Assembly (NCBI GenBank): GCA_037445065.1
Contig: JBBILD010000001.1
Coordinates: 128,001-192,000, forward strand
From: Myxococcales bacterium
GTDB lineage: Bacteria > Desulfobacterota > Binatia > HRBIN30
Reading direction: 5' to 3'
Length of the DNA stretch: 64,000 nucleotides
The position numbers and the translations under genes are program-made. Shown one piece after another: positions 1 to 9,611 of the stretch (position 1 is its first letter; the number at the start of each line of letters is the position of its first letter). Under the pieces are notes generated by a model. That model made no database searches, had not been told where the DNA came from, and was given only the letters and a program-made list of their open reading frames with translations.

Positions 1-110
1 CGGCCTTTTCGCGACGAGGCACCCTCTGGCATAAAGAGGATCTGCTCGTGCCGGTAAGCGAATTGGAAAAAACCCGCCTGCGGCATGTGCGCCGCACGTA
101 CGGTGGGTGA
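1..110 (+). CDS. 3' end of an upstream gene, possibly NuoI-like (partial; not in ORF track)
   Basis: Frame starting at nt 3 reads AFSRRGTLWHKEDLLVPVSELEKTRLRHVRRTYGG* (TGA 108-110). The R..L..KEDLL tail resembles NuoI C-termini, and it lies directly upstream of nuoCD. Confidence 0.4.
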   Translation, partial: AFSRRGTLWHKEDLLVPVSELEKTRLRHVRRTYGG

Positions 111-157
111 GCGAGCCCCGCACGCTGGGCGCGAGCATTGCTGGCAGAAAAAACACT

Positions 158-1870
158 ATGGCAGATGTAACCACAATCCTCTCGACACTGCGCGACCGTT
201 TCCCGGACGCAGTCATACAAACGGACTCGTACCGGGGCGATGCAGCGGCTCGCATTACTCCGGAGCGCTTGCTCGAAGTCGGTCGTTTTCTACGCGACGA
301 GCCGAGTCTGGCGTTCGATCTATTGCTGGACGTCACTTGCGTGGACTACCTGGGCCAGCAGCCCCGTTTCGAAGTTGTGTATCACTTCCTCTCCACGCGG
401 CACCGCCATCGGCTGCGGCTCAAAGCGAGGGTTCCGGAACATATTCCTGAGATCGACAGCTTAGTTCCCCTTTGGGTGGGGGCAAACTGGCTGGAACGCG
501 AGACCTACGACATGTACGGAATCCGCTTCCGGGGCCATCCGGACCTCAGGCGCATTTACTTGTACGAAGAGTTCGAAGGTCACCCCCTGCGCAAGGACTA
601 CCCGAAGGAGAAGCGCCAGCCCTTGATCGGGCCCGGCGCGAAGGGCGACTACGTGCCCAGGCTTCCAGAAATCCCCAACACCACACGCGCAGAAGGGTTT
701 CTCGGTGCCGAACTGCTGCGTGTTCAGCTCGGTCCCTCACACCCCGCCACCCACGGCACCGTGCGCATCGTGCTGGATTTGGACGGGGAAACGATCGTGA
801 ACGCCGATGTGGAAATCGGTTACTTGCACCGTGGTTTCGAGAAGGAGTGCGAGAGCGGTTTCTACTATCAGGCAATCCCGTACACCGACCGCCTCAACTA
901 CAGTTCCGCGATCCTGTGCAACATCGGTTACTGCATGGCCGTGGAAAAATTGTTCAACGTTGAGGTGCCGCTGCGAGGACAATTTGTCCGGGTGATCGGG
1001 GGCGAGATTTCGCGCATCGCCGACCACTTGCTTTGCGTCGGGGCCACGGCGTTGGAACTCAATGCGTTTTCTGCCTTCCTGTACGCGCTCGAGGCCCGTG
1101 AACTGGCTTGGGATTTGGTCAACGCCCTGTGTGGGGCGCGGGTGACGAGCAACTACATCCGGATTGGCGGAGTCAGCGCCGACTTGCCCGAGGGCTTCGC
1201 CGAATTGTGCGCGCAAAACTTCAAGCGCATCCTGGAGCTGGTGGGTGAAACGGAGGGCTTGCTGCTGGAAAACCCAATCTTCCGTGCGCGGATGGAGGGA
1301 GTCGCGATCATGTCGCCTGAGCGCTTGATCGCCTACGGGGTCACAGGACCTCTGCTCCGCGCGGCTGGGGTCGACCTCGATTTGCGGCGCGCCGAACCAT
1401 ATTTGATCTACGACCAGCTCGATTTCGATGTGCCGGTGGGAACGCAAGGCGACAACCTGGACCGATTCTTGGTGCGCCTTGCTGAGTTGCGGCAGAGCGT
1501 GCGTATTGTCGAGCAGTGCCTGCGCATGATCCCCCCGGGGCCGGTGGATCTGGAGGACCCGGCGATTCGTTTCCCGCCCAAGGGTCGCGTGTTCACGCGG
1601 ATGGAAGACATGATTAACCAGTTCAAGTTGGTGACCGAGGGCCCGAAGCCTCCTCCAGGGGAGGTGTATTTCGCAGTGGAATCAGCGAACGGGGAACTCG
1701 GCTTTTACTTGGTGAGCGATGGGACCGGAAAGCCCTACAAGTGCCGGGCCCGCACGCCGAGTTTTTCGAATACCCAACCGCTGGCCGAGATGATTCGTGG
1801 GCGGTTGCTCGCTGACATGGTGCCCACGTTCGATATGATCAACATGATCGGAGGGGAATGTGATCGTTGA
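158..1870 (+). CDS. nuoCD: NADH-quinone oxidoreductase subunit C/D fusion
   Basis: NuoC motifs (WLERETYDMYGIRFRGHPDLRRI, GHPLRKDYP) followed by NuoD motifs (GPSHPATHG, GYLHRGFEK, DRLNY, C-terminal GECDR). ATG at 158 preferred over 107. Confidence 0.93.
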   Translation: MADVTTILSTLRDRFPDAVIQTDSYRGDAAARITPERLLEVGRFLRDEPSLAFDLLLDVTCVDYLGQQPRFEVVYHFLSTRHRHRLRLKARVPEHIPEIDSLVPLWVGANWLERETYDMYGIRFRGHPDLRRIYLYEEFEGHPLRKDYPKEKRQPLIGPGAKGDYVPRLPEIPNTTRAEGFLGAELLRVQLGPSHPATHGTVRIVLDLDGETIVNADVEIGYLHRGFEKECESGFYYQAIPYTDRLNYSSAILCNIGYCMAVEKLFNVEVPLRGQFVRVIGGEISRIADHLLCVGATALELNAFSAFLYALEARELAWDLVNALCGARVTSNYIRIGGVSADLPEGFAELCAQNFKRILELVGETEGLLLENPIFRARMEGVAIMSPERLIAYGVTGPLLRAAGVDLDLRRAEPYLIYDQLDFDVPVGTQGDNLDRFLVRLAELRQSVRIVEQCLRMIPPGPVDLEDPAIRFPPKGRVFTRMEDMINQFKLVTEGPKPPPGEVYFAVESANGELGFYLVSDGTGKPYKCRARTPSFSNTQPLAEMIRGRLLADMVPTFDMINMIGGECDR

Positions 1871-3701
1871 TCATCCAGCCGCTCCCGAGGTCCCGCCGGC
1901 ACCGGCTCGGGCAGGGCAGGTTCTGACACCACAAACGCGGGCGCGGATTTTACGCGAAAAGCAAAACTTTCCCGAGCCACGTTCCGCTTTGCTCGCGGCC
2001 TTACACCTGGCGCAAGACGAACACGGATGGATCTCTCCTACCATCGTGCGGGAAGTCGCGGAGCTGCTCGAGATCCTGCCCATTCAGGTGCAGGAAGTGG
2101 TGTCGTTTTACCCGATGTTTCACAGTCGGCCGAAGGGTCAGTGCCACATCCAGGTTTGCACGAACATCGCGTGCGCTTTGGCCGGTGCCCGCAAACTGGT
2201 GCGTCAGATCGAAGACGCTCTCGGCATTCAGCCGGGCGAGACAACGCCGGATGGCCGCTTCTCCCTGGCGGAAGTGGAGTGCTTGGGGTCGTGTGGCACT
2301 GCTCCCGTGGTGCAGGTGAATAACGAGCCGTACCTGGAGCGAGCGAGCGCTGAGGATATCGCCGCGCTGCTGCGGGGCGAATCGCTAGCGCGTCCGAGCC
2401 CGATGATTTCCCTGATTCCGGACGGCGTGGAGGGCTACCTCCTCCCGCCAAATGGAGTCGAACGCACGCGCATCGAGGACTATTTGGCGGTGGGTGGGTA
2501 CGAGCAGGCACGGCGCGCTTGGTGCGAATTGGACCCAGAGCAGATCATCGAAATCGTCAAGGATTCGGGGTTACGCGGTCGAGGAGGTGCGGGCTTTGTT
2601 ACCGGCGTGAAGTGGGGCTTCATGCCGAAAGACTCCACCAAGCCGAGTTACCTTGCGGTGAACGGCGATGAAAGCGAGCCCGGTACCTTTAAGGACCGGC
2701 AGATCCTTGAACGAAACCCGCATCAGTTCATCGAGGGCGCTCTCATCGCTGGCCGGGCGATCCGGGCCGTTGCCGCCTATGTGTACTTACGGGGGGAGTA
2801 CTCGGGACCGTACCGAATTTTGATGGAAGCGATCCGCCAAGCCTACGCGCGCGGTTTCCTCGGCGACAACGTGTTTGGATCCGGTCGTTCGTTCCACATG
2901 TACGTGCAGCGGGGCGCTGGCGCGTACATTTGCGGTGAGGAAACCGGCATGATCGAATCCATGGAGGGCAAGAAGGGGCAGCCTCGAAAGCGGCCACCGT
3001 TTCCCGCCGCATATGGCCTGTGGGGCTGTCCGACCACGGTGAATAATCTGGAGACCATCGCGCATGTTCCTGCGATCTTGCGCCACGGAGCGGATTGGTT
3101 TCGCCGGCGGGGAACCGAACGCAGCACTGGCAACACCCTCTTTGGTGTCAGCGGGCACGTCAAGCGCCCGGGAGTGTACGAATTACCGCTCGGTACCAGC
3201 CTGCGTGAGATCATTGAGAAGCATGCGGGTGGGACGGCAAGCGGCCGCCCCGTAAAGGCGGTGATTCCTGGCGGAGTTTCCATGCCCGTGCTGACTGCCG
3301 ACAAGCTCGATACGCCAATGGACCACGAGTCTTTGCAGCAGGCGGGTAGCTTGCTCGGCACTGGTGGGATCGTGGTCTTGGACGACTCTGCATGCCCGGT
3401 GCGTGCCGCGGGCGTGATCGCGCGCTTCTTCCGGCACGAAAGCTGCGGCCAATGCACGCAGTGCCGAGAAGGCACGGGCTTCCTTTACAAGCTATTGAAG
3501 CGCATCGAACGTGGGCAGGGCACGATGCAAGACTTGGAGACCATCGAAAGCGTATGCGGTTTTATGGAGGGGCAAACCATTTGCGCTCTCTCCGATGCGG
3601 CTGCGTGGGCTGCTGGGAACTTTCTGCGCCGCTTCCGGGCTGATTTTGAACGTCACATCGAGCAGCGAGGATGCCCGTTCCCCGATAGCTTTGAGATGTA
3701 A
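1860..3701 (+). CDS. nuoEF: NADH-quinone oxidoreductase subunit E/F fusion
   Basis: NuoE 2Fe-2S ligands (CTNIAC...CLGSC), then NuoF motifs (GLRGRGGAGF, DESEPGTFKDR, GAGAYICGEET, ESCGQCTQCREG...TICAL) in one ORF. Confidence 0.92.
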   Translation: MIVDHPAAPEVPPAPARAGQVLTPQTRARILREKQNFPEPRSALLAALHLAQDEHGWISPTIVREVAELLEILPIQVQEVVSFYPMFHSRPKGQCHIQVCTNIACALAGARKLVRQIEDALGIQPGETTPDGRFSLAEVECLGSCGTAPVVQVNNEPYLERASAEDIAALLRGESLARPSPMISLIPDGVEGYLLPPNGVERTRIEDYLAVGGYEQARRAWCELDPEQIIEIVKDSGLRGRGGAGFVTGVKWGFMPKDSTKPSYLAVNGDESEPGTFKDRQILERNPHQFIEGALIAGRAIRAVAAYVYLRGEYSGPYRILMEAIRQAYARGFLGDNVFGSGRSFHMYVQRGAGAYICGEETGMIESMEGKKGQPRKRPPFPAAYGLWGCPTTVNNLETIAHVPAILRHGADWFRRRGTERSTGNTLFGVSGHVKRPGVYELPLGTSLREIIEKHAGGTASGRPVKAVIPGGVSMPVLTADKLDTPMDHESLQQAGSLLGTGGIVVLDDSACPVRAAGVIARFFRHESCGQCTQCREGTGFLYKLLKRIERGQGTMQDLETIESVCGFMEGQTICALSDAAAWAAGNFLRRFRADFERHIEQRGCPFPDSFEM

Positions 3702-3739
3702 CGTTCGCGCACCGTTCGGCTCCGGGGGAGGCTCGATCC

Positions 3740-4621
3740 ATGCCTGTGACGATCATCGGCCCCACGTCCCACTATTTTTACTCGCAGCGGCTAAAGCTGC
3801 ATTACGTTGATTGGGGAAACGCGCATTTGCCTCCTTTGTTGCTCATTCATGGCGGGCGCGACCACGCGCGCAGCTGGGACTGGGTTGCGCAGGAGCTCCG
3901 GGATGAGTTTCACGTGATCGCACCGGACTTGCGCGGCCACGGCGATTCGCAGTGGGCCGTTGGAGGGTCCTACTCGCTTGTGGACTACACCTTGGATGTG
4001 GCCCAACTTCTCGACGCGTTGCAGTTGTTTCCGGTTACGGTCATCGGCCATTCCCTTGGTGGTTCTGTGGCCCTGCAATACGCCGGTACGTACCCCGAGC
4101 GAGTGCGGAAGGTGGTTGCCATCGAAGGGCTAGGACCGCCGCCGTGGTTGGTCCGAGAGCGGTCCGCTCAAGTCCGTATGCGGGAGTGGATCGCCGAGAT
4201 GCAGGCGTTAGCACGGCGCCACCCGCGCCGTTACCCGAGCCTGGCGGAAGCCATCCGCCGCATGCAGGAAGCGAACCCGCGGCTTACTGAGGAACAAGCG
4301 CGGCACTTGACCATTCACGGATCGTATCGCGACGAGGATGGTACGTACTTGTGGAAGTTCGACAACTATGTGCGCGCCACGTCTCCGTATTTATCGAGCT
4401 TTCAGGAGGCGCAGGCTCTTTGGTCGGAGATCACCTGCCCGGTGCTGCTGTTGCGGGGCACGGAATCATGGGCGTCTGACCCAGCGCAAGATGGCCGTGC
4501 ACGCGCCTTCCGGAAGGCCCGCGTTGTGAATATCACCAACGCTGGGCACTGGGTGCATCACGACCAGCTCGAGGAGTTCCTGCGCGTCGTGCGGCACTTC
4601 CTGCACGCGGAACCTGCGTGA
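3740..4621 (+). CDS. alpha/beta hydrolase
   Basis: HGG oxyanion motif, DLRGHGDS, GHSLGG nucleophile elbow, C-terminal GHWVHHD. Confidence 0.9.
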   Translation: MPVTIIGPTSHYFYSQRLKLHYVDWGNAHLPPLLLIHGGRDHARSWDWVAQELRDEFHVIAPDLRGHGDSQWAVGGSYSLVDYTLDVAQLLDALQLFPVTVIGHSLGGSVALQYAGTYPERVRKVVAIEGLGPPPWLVRERSAQVRMREWIAEMQALARRHPRRYPSLAEAIRRMQEANPRLTEEQARHLTIHGSYRDEDGTYLWKFDNYVRATSPYLSSFQEAQALWSEITCPVLLLRGTESWASDPAQDGRARAFRKARVVNITNAGHWVHHDQLEEFLRVVRHFLHAEPA

Positions 4622-4624
4622 TTC

Positions 4625-5677
4625 TCAAGTTGGGAGTCCGTGCGGCCCAAGGGTCGGAGCCGGTCGGTCCGGCTCGATGATTTCCTCGATCGTCATGGGC
4701 TGGCGTTGGCGAAACGGCTCGCAACGAATGGGGCAGTCCGGCAGCTCGCACTGCGCGCAGTACAGCCGCCGGCACGGGTCGGTGTGAAAGACAATTTCTC
4801 CGCGCAAGTGACCGCTACTCATGACGGCGCGCTCGAAGGCGTCGGACTCGTCATGGGCCTGGCGCACGGTCCAAAACTCGGGCACTACCAGGTGCGCGTC
4901 TACGTGCGTGAACCTTCCGGAGCGAATTGCCCGTGTATTGTGTACGCGGATGATCCCTGGGCGCAAGTTGGCATTCATCAAGTGCACAAGTTGCTGCAGC
5001 AGCTCGGGGTCCTCTTCATCCAAGAGTCCCCCAGCGGCGTAGCGTACGAGGCGGACGCCGGTAAGCAACAAATGCCCGCCGATGACTGCAGCAGTCAGGG
5101 GGTCCAGCCACGTCAGACCGGTCCAGTCAACAAGAACCAGTCCGACCACCACGCCGGCGCTCGTCCAAAAATCCGAGATCACGTGCTGCCCGTCTGCGAC
5201 CAAGGTGAGAGAGTGATGGCGCCGGCCGGTCCGAACTAGGTAAAGGCCAAGGAAGAGGTTGGCGACGCCGGCGGCCGCGGTAATCGCCATGCCGGCGTCG
5301 AGTTGCCGCAGCTCAGACCCGTGTGCGAGGACGAGAGCGGCCTCGTACCAAATCATCACCGCGGCGAAGGCAATCAACCCGCCCTCGAACACCGCCGAAA
5401 AAAACTCGATTTTGCCGTGCCCGTACGGATGGCTACGGTCCGCGGGCCTGGTTGCAAATAGAAGCCCGCCTAACGCGAAAACTGCCGCAGCGACATTGAC
5501 GATGCTCTCCAGGGCATCCGAAAACACTGCTGCAGAGCCGGTGAGCTGATACGCGAAGAACTTTGCGACCAGCAATACACAGCCCACGGAGAGAGACACG
5601 ACCCCTGCAAGCAGGCGCGCACGCCTACCATGCGCTTCTCCCAAGGCGGCAGACTCAGCGACGGTCGGAGCAAGCAT
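4625..5677 (-). CDS. cation diffusion facilitator (CDF) transporter
   Basis: SDALES, HPYGHGKIEFF, HVISD motifs; about 6 TM segments; Cys-rich C-terminal tail. Start 5677 or 5686. Confidence 0.9.
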   Translation of the reverse strand: MLAPTVAESAALGEAHGRRARLLAGVVSLSVGCVLLVAKFFAYQLTGSAAVFSDALESIVNVAAAVFALGGLLFATRPADRSHPYGHGKIEFFSAVFEGGLIAFAAVMIWYEAALVLAHGSELRQLDAGMAITAAAGVANLFLGLYLVRTGRRHHSLTLVADGQHVISDFWTSAGVVVGLVLVDWTGLTWLDPLTAAVIGGHLLLTGVRLVRYAAGGLLDEEDPELLQQLVHLMNANLRPGIIRVHNTRAIRSGRFTHVDAHLVVPEFWTVRQAHDESDAFERAVMSSGHLRGEIVFHTDPCRRLYCAQCELPDCPIRCEPFRQRQPMTIEEIIEPDRPAPTLGPHGLPT

Positions 5678-5766
5678 CGTCTCCAAAGCCTACCACGCGA
5701 GGCTGCGGCTGCCACCCGGTCCAAGAGCGCCTCTCCCGCCCCCGAAAGCGCGCAGGGAAGAGTTTT

Positions 5767-7023
5767 CTAGCGAACCACTCGTTGGTCCCAGCTTGGGCCG
5801 ATCGCTTCCTCCCCGAGGGCGCGACGGGCGTCGTTCATGGCTGCACGGTAAATGCCCTGCGCCATGAGCGAGTGTTCCTCTTCCAAGCGGCGGGCAAAAA
5901 CGTCCCGCTTGAGTTCCCAAGCGGCTCGTTGCTTGGGAAAGGCGCGCACCGCCCACTCCGCAATGTGGGCGGCGAGTACGGTTTCCCCATTGGCCAGAAG
6001 CTCGCGCCCACGTGCGATTAAAGCAGCCGCTCCGCCAGCTAGATGCGCAATCTCTGCTGCCAGTCGGTCCGGATGAGCCGGCAAAAGGTCGGCAGGGTTG
6101 CCGTTCCACCAGCCTCCCCACAGTCGCAGCAAATTGCGCACAATGAACTTGGGGTGGTCATAGGTAGGCTGCAAGTAAGGGCGTCGGCTCAATTCCGGGT
6201 CTGGCTGAACCGCGTGCAAAATTTCTTCCGGGCTTTCGCCAGCGTTCATGCGTTCGAGCACTTGTTCGATGATCACTCTCAGGTACCGAGCAGTGTCAAG
6301 GAGCACGAGCCGCACCGCTTCCTCACCCCGGACGACCAATCCGTGCCCTGGGAACAGGTACTCGGCATTCAAGCTAGCCATCCGCTCCAAAGCCTCGGCC
6401 CATTCCAAGGGGTAGCGCTGCACCTTTTGCGGGTTTCCACAATTCGGCGATTGCCAGATGATCAGATCACCACAGAATAGGTAGCGCAGCTCCGGGATCC
6501 ACACGTAACAGGCATCGTCAGTTTCCCCTTTTGCGGCGAAGTAGTACACCTCCTTGCCCCCGATCCGTTGCTGTAAAGCATCCCGAAACGTGAGCGTCGG
6601 CCAAGTGAACTCCGCCGGAAACACAGGTTGCGGCAAGCTGAACTGCCGCTGGTTGATATGTGCGTTCCAACCGTGCGTGAGGGCGTAGCGCCGGAACCGT
6701 TGAACGCAGTTCTCCTGCGCGATGATCTGCGGGCGCTCGCCTGCGGCGAGAAACGGGCCCAGGCCGAAGGCATGGTCTGCGTGGCCGTGGGTGTAGACGG
6801 CGGTGTCGAGGGGTGCCGACGTCCACCGCCGGACCGCCTCGTGGAACACTGGGCCGAGGTGTTGAAACCCGGGGTCTACGATCAGCAGTCGGTCGCCCAA
6901 GACAAGCGCGTAGTTGTTTACGAAGTTCGCGAACATGAGAACGCCGGGCGCCACCTCGTGCGAAGGCGCAAACAGGCGCAGGGTGGCGTGCAGGGGATCG
7001 TCGGTACACATCGGCGAGGTCAT
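5767..7023 (-). CDS. MBL-fold metallohydrolase, alkyl/aryl-sulfatase-like
   Basis: THGHADH metal motif, GETDD, PNCGNPQK, PGHG, then a helical dimerisation-type region. ATG 7023 with AGGAGG RBS overlaps the nth stop. Confidence 0.8.
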   Translation of the reverse strand: MTSPMCTDDPLHATLRLFAPSHEVAPGVLMFANFVNNYALVLGDRLLIVDPGFQHLGPVFHEAVRRWTSAPLDTAVYTHGHADHAFGLGPFLAAGERPQIIAQENCVQRFRRYALTHGWNAHINQRQFSLPQPVFPAEFTWPTLTFRDALQQRIGGKEVYYFAAKGETDDACYVWIPELRYLFCGDLIIWQSPNCGNPQKVQRYPLEWAEALERMASLNAEYLFPGHGLVVRGEEAVRLVLLDTARYLRVIIEQVLERMNAGESPEEILHAVQPDPELSRRPYLQPTYDHPKFIVRNLLRLWGGWWNGNPADLLPAHPDRLAAEIAHLAGGAAALIARGRELLANGETVLAAHIAEWAVRAFPKQRAAWELKRDVFARRLEEEHSLMAQGIYRAAMNDARRALGEEAIGPSWDQRVVR

Positions 7024-7724
7024 CGCGCAGACCTCCTTCTTGATTTGTGTGCATGCTTGGCCGGTGGGTTCTGTGAAACGACAGCGGTTTTGTTGGGATA
7101 CGGGCACAAATCGTTCAGGACGCACTCTCCACACTTGGGCTTACGCGCCAAACACACCTGCCGGCCGTGAGTTTGCATCAGGTGGCAAAAGCGCGTGCGT
7201 TCCGGAACCGGCACGAGCTGATTCAGGTCTTGTTCGATTTTGTCCGGGTCCGTGTGGCGGGTAAAACCTAAGCGTTGTGCCAAACGCATCACATGGGTAT
7301 CCACTCCAATGGCCGGCTTTCCGAAGGCATTACCGAGCAGGATGTTGGCGGTTTTACGTCCGACGCCGGGCAGTTCGAGTAGATCCTCCAGCCGATTTGG
7401 TACTTCACCGTGGAATCGCTCTAGCAAAGTCTGACAGCATTTTTGCAACGAGCGCGCTTTTTGCCGGAAGAAACCAGTGGGGTGGATGAGCTTTTCGAGT
7501 TCATTCAAGTCCGCCCGAGCGTAGTCTTGAGCAGTCCGATAGCGGTCGAAAAGAGTCCGGGTGACTTGGTTGACTTTCTCGTCCGTACACTGTGCGGCGA
7601 GGATGAGCGCAACCAGCAACTCCAGCGGGTTGCGGAAATGGAGCGCCAGGCGCGCGTCGGGATACGCCTTTTTTAGGCGTCGTAAAACCTGCCGCATGCG
7701 CTGCTGATCTTCAGTGGCGCTCAC
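7020..7724 (-). CDS. nth: endonuclease III
   Basis: AQCTD, HhH motif LPGVGRKTAN, VDTHV, 4Fe-4S motif CLARKPKCGECVLNDLC. Confidence 0.95.
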   Translation of the reverse strand: MSATEDQQRMRQVLRRLKKAYPDARLALHFRNPLELLVALILAAQCTDEKVNQVTRTLFDRYRTAQDYARADLNELEKLIHPTGFFRQKARSLQKCCQTLLERFHGEVPNRLEDLLELPGVGRKTANILLGNAFGKPAIGVDTHVMRLAQRLGFTRHTDPDKIEQDLNQLVPVPERTRFCHLMQTHGRQVCLARKPKCGECVLNDLCPYPNKTAVVSQNPPAKHAHKSRRRSAR

Positions 7725-7822
7725 GCAACAGGGCTCTACTCGAAGCTTGGTCGCTTGGCAACGCGCCCTTGACCGAACCCGTTGGGATGGCGATCATCGA
7801 GGCCGCCGCGAATGGGAAGCAC

Positions 7823-8215
7823 ATGCGCAGGATTGGGCTAGGGTTCTGGGTCTTGCTCCTTGTTGCCGGGATGTACTTGGCATCCTGGCACATGGATGCG
7901 CCGCAGGCGGAGGAGTTGCCCGGTTCACCGACCCCATCGGTCAGCGATGCTGAGTTGAACCTCTACATCACGGTGTACAAAGCAATGCAGGAGGACCATA
8001 GCCTCGAAATCGAGGCCGCCTTACGCGAACACCAAATGGACCTCGAGACCTTTCGTTCGCTCGAACGGCGGATCCAAGCCAATCCGAGACTGGTCGAAAA
8101 GGTGCGCGAAGCGCTGTTAGAATTCGCGCGTTCCCGCTCCGCGCTGGCTTTCTCGCCCGCGACTCCGACGCCGTCTGCCACACCGACCTCGCGGGCGCAA
8201 AAGAAGGCGCGATAG
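7823..8215 (+). CDS. hypothetical exported/membrane-anchored helical protein (DUF4168-like)
   Basis: N-terminal hydrophobic segment, SDAEL..Y helical core, Pro/Thr-rich tail. Confidence 0.55.
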   Translation: MRRIGLGFWVLLLVAGMYLASWHMDAPQAEELPGSPTPSVSDAELNLYITVYKAMQEDHSLEIEAALREHQMDLETFRSLERRIQANPRLVEKVREALLEFARSRSALAFSPATPTPSATPTSRAQKKAR

Positions 8216-8275
8216 TGCGACGATTGAAAGCGGTTGGTCCACGACTCGTTGCGTACAATGTAGGCAATCAAGGCG

Positions 8276-8527
8276 ATGAAGGTGGAAGTGAGTTGCCGTA
8301 AGTGCGGACGGCGCGACGCTCTCCCTCTGGGGAGCCCTGAACCTGGCCAGAGCTTGGAAGATTTTCTTCACTTGTGGGACGAGCGACTTCGCCACCAGCC
8401 CAGCTTTGGTTGCTTCGGGGGCCACTTCGAGCTGTGCGCCCCGGTGCCGAGATTTTGGACAGTGCACTGGGATACGCTCGTGGAAGAGCCCGGCTGCACA
8501 GAATCCTTGCGGCAGGACAAGCAGTAA
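8276..8527 (+). CDS. small hypothetical protein with CxxC
   Basis: 83 aa ORF filling the gap between co-oriented genes; CRKC plus later C/H/C residues. Confidence 0.55.
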   Translation: MKVEVSCRKCGRRDALPLGSPEPGQSLEDFLHLWDERLRHQPSFGCFGGHFELCAPVPRFWTVHWDTLVEEPGCTESLRQDKQ

Positions 8528-8581
8528 GGCAGATTGAAAAACAAGCGAAGACAAAAACCCCTGCGTGAGGGAGAGAGAAGA

Positions 8582-8842
8582 ATGGCCGACGATCAACAGG
8601 ACCCGGTGGTGGTTGACCCGCATGAAGCGCTGCGCCTGATGGACGAAGCGCGCAATCGCTTGCGCACGGCAATCTGGGCCCTTCACGGCATGCACCAGGA
8701 CATGAAGGCGCTGACGGCGGACGACATCGCGGACGTCGAACAACTCCTAACCGAGATCCTTGACGCGGCACTGACGCCGGCGTACGAGTCGTTGAGCCAG
8801 ATTGTGGGCACGAGCCCGGACGGCACGGTCACCACGCACTGA
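8582..8842 (+). CDS. small hypothetical helical protein
   Basis: ATG 8582 after purine-rich RBS (GAGGGAGAGAG); acidic amphipathic helices. Confidence 0.7.
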   Translation: MADDQQDPVVVDPHEALRLMDEARNRLRTAIWALHGMHQDMKALTADDIADVEQLLTEILDAALTPAYESLSQIVGTSPDGTVTTH

Positions 8843-8888
8843 CCTTGGTTCGCGTGCACGCAGCTGAGCGGGTTCCGGGTGGATCGTC

Positions 8889-9611
8889 GTGAGTCTGCGG
8901 GACTGGCAGCGGCTCGAACGCACAATCGTCCACTGCCGAAAGTGCCCTCGCTTAGTCCGTTACCGAGAAGAGGTTGCACGCCGCAAACGCCGCGCTTTTG
9001 CTGACTGGACGTACTGGGGAAAGCCGGTTCCGGGATTTGGCGATCGCCAGGCGAGGTTGCTCGTTGTTGGTCTTGCTCCCGCCGCCCATGGTGGAAATCG
9101 CACAGGTCGGATTTTTACAGGCGACCGGTCGGGAGACTGGCTCTTTCGTGCCTTGTTCGAATTTGGCTTCGCCAATCAGCCAACCTCGCAGCACAGGGAT
9201 GACGGACTGGAGCTACACGACGCATTCGTTACGGCGGCGGTGCGCTGCGCACCACCACAAAACAGGCCAGAACGCGAGGAGTTCCTGCGGTGCCGGCCAT
9301 ATCTCGTACACGAGTGGCAGCTACTGCCAGTGCGCGCCGTCGTGGCTCTGGGTGCGGTGGCATTCCGCTCCGTGCTCGAGGTTTGGCAGGAGACTACCGG
9401 CACCCGGTTAAAACCGTTGCCGCGCTTTGCGCATGGCGTATGCGTCCGGCTCGGTCATGTGCGTTTGTGGGGCTCATATCATCCGAGCCAGCGCAACACG
9501 CAAACGGGCTTTCTGACTCGAGCCGCCTTTCATCGCGTGTTTGGCGAGGTGCGCCAGTACCTTGAGCGCGAAGGTAAGCTCACGCAGGAAGGAGAGTCGA
9601 GAGAGTCATGA
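8889..9611 (+). CDS. udgB: uracil-DNA glycosylase, family 5 (UdgB type)
   Basis: CxxCPRL 4Fe-4S motif, GLAPAAHGGNRTGRIFTGDRSG, RCAPP, SYHPSQRNTQTG. Confidence 0.9.
   Translation: MSLRDWQRLERTIVHCRKCPRLVRYREEVARRKRRAFADWTYWGKPVPGFGDRQARLLVVGLAPAAHGGNRTGRIFTGDRSGDWLFRALFEFGFANQPTSQHRDDGLELHDAFVTAAVRCAPPQNRPEREEFLRCRPYLVHEWQLLPVRAVVALGAVAFRSVLEVWQETTGTRLKPLPRFAHGVCVRLGHVRLWGSYHPSQRNTQTGFLTRAAFHRVFGEVRQYLEREGKLTQEGESRES

Noticed and set aside
158..1870. Possible [NiFe]-hydrogenase large subunit
   Set aside because: No N- or C-terminal CxxC nickel ligands; NuoD quinone-site motifs are present.
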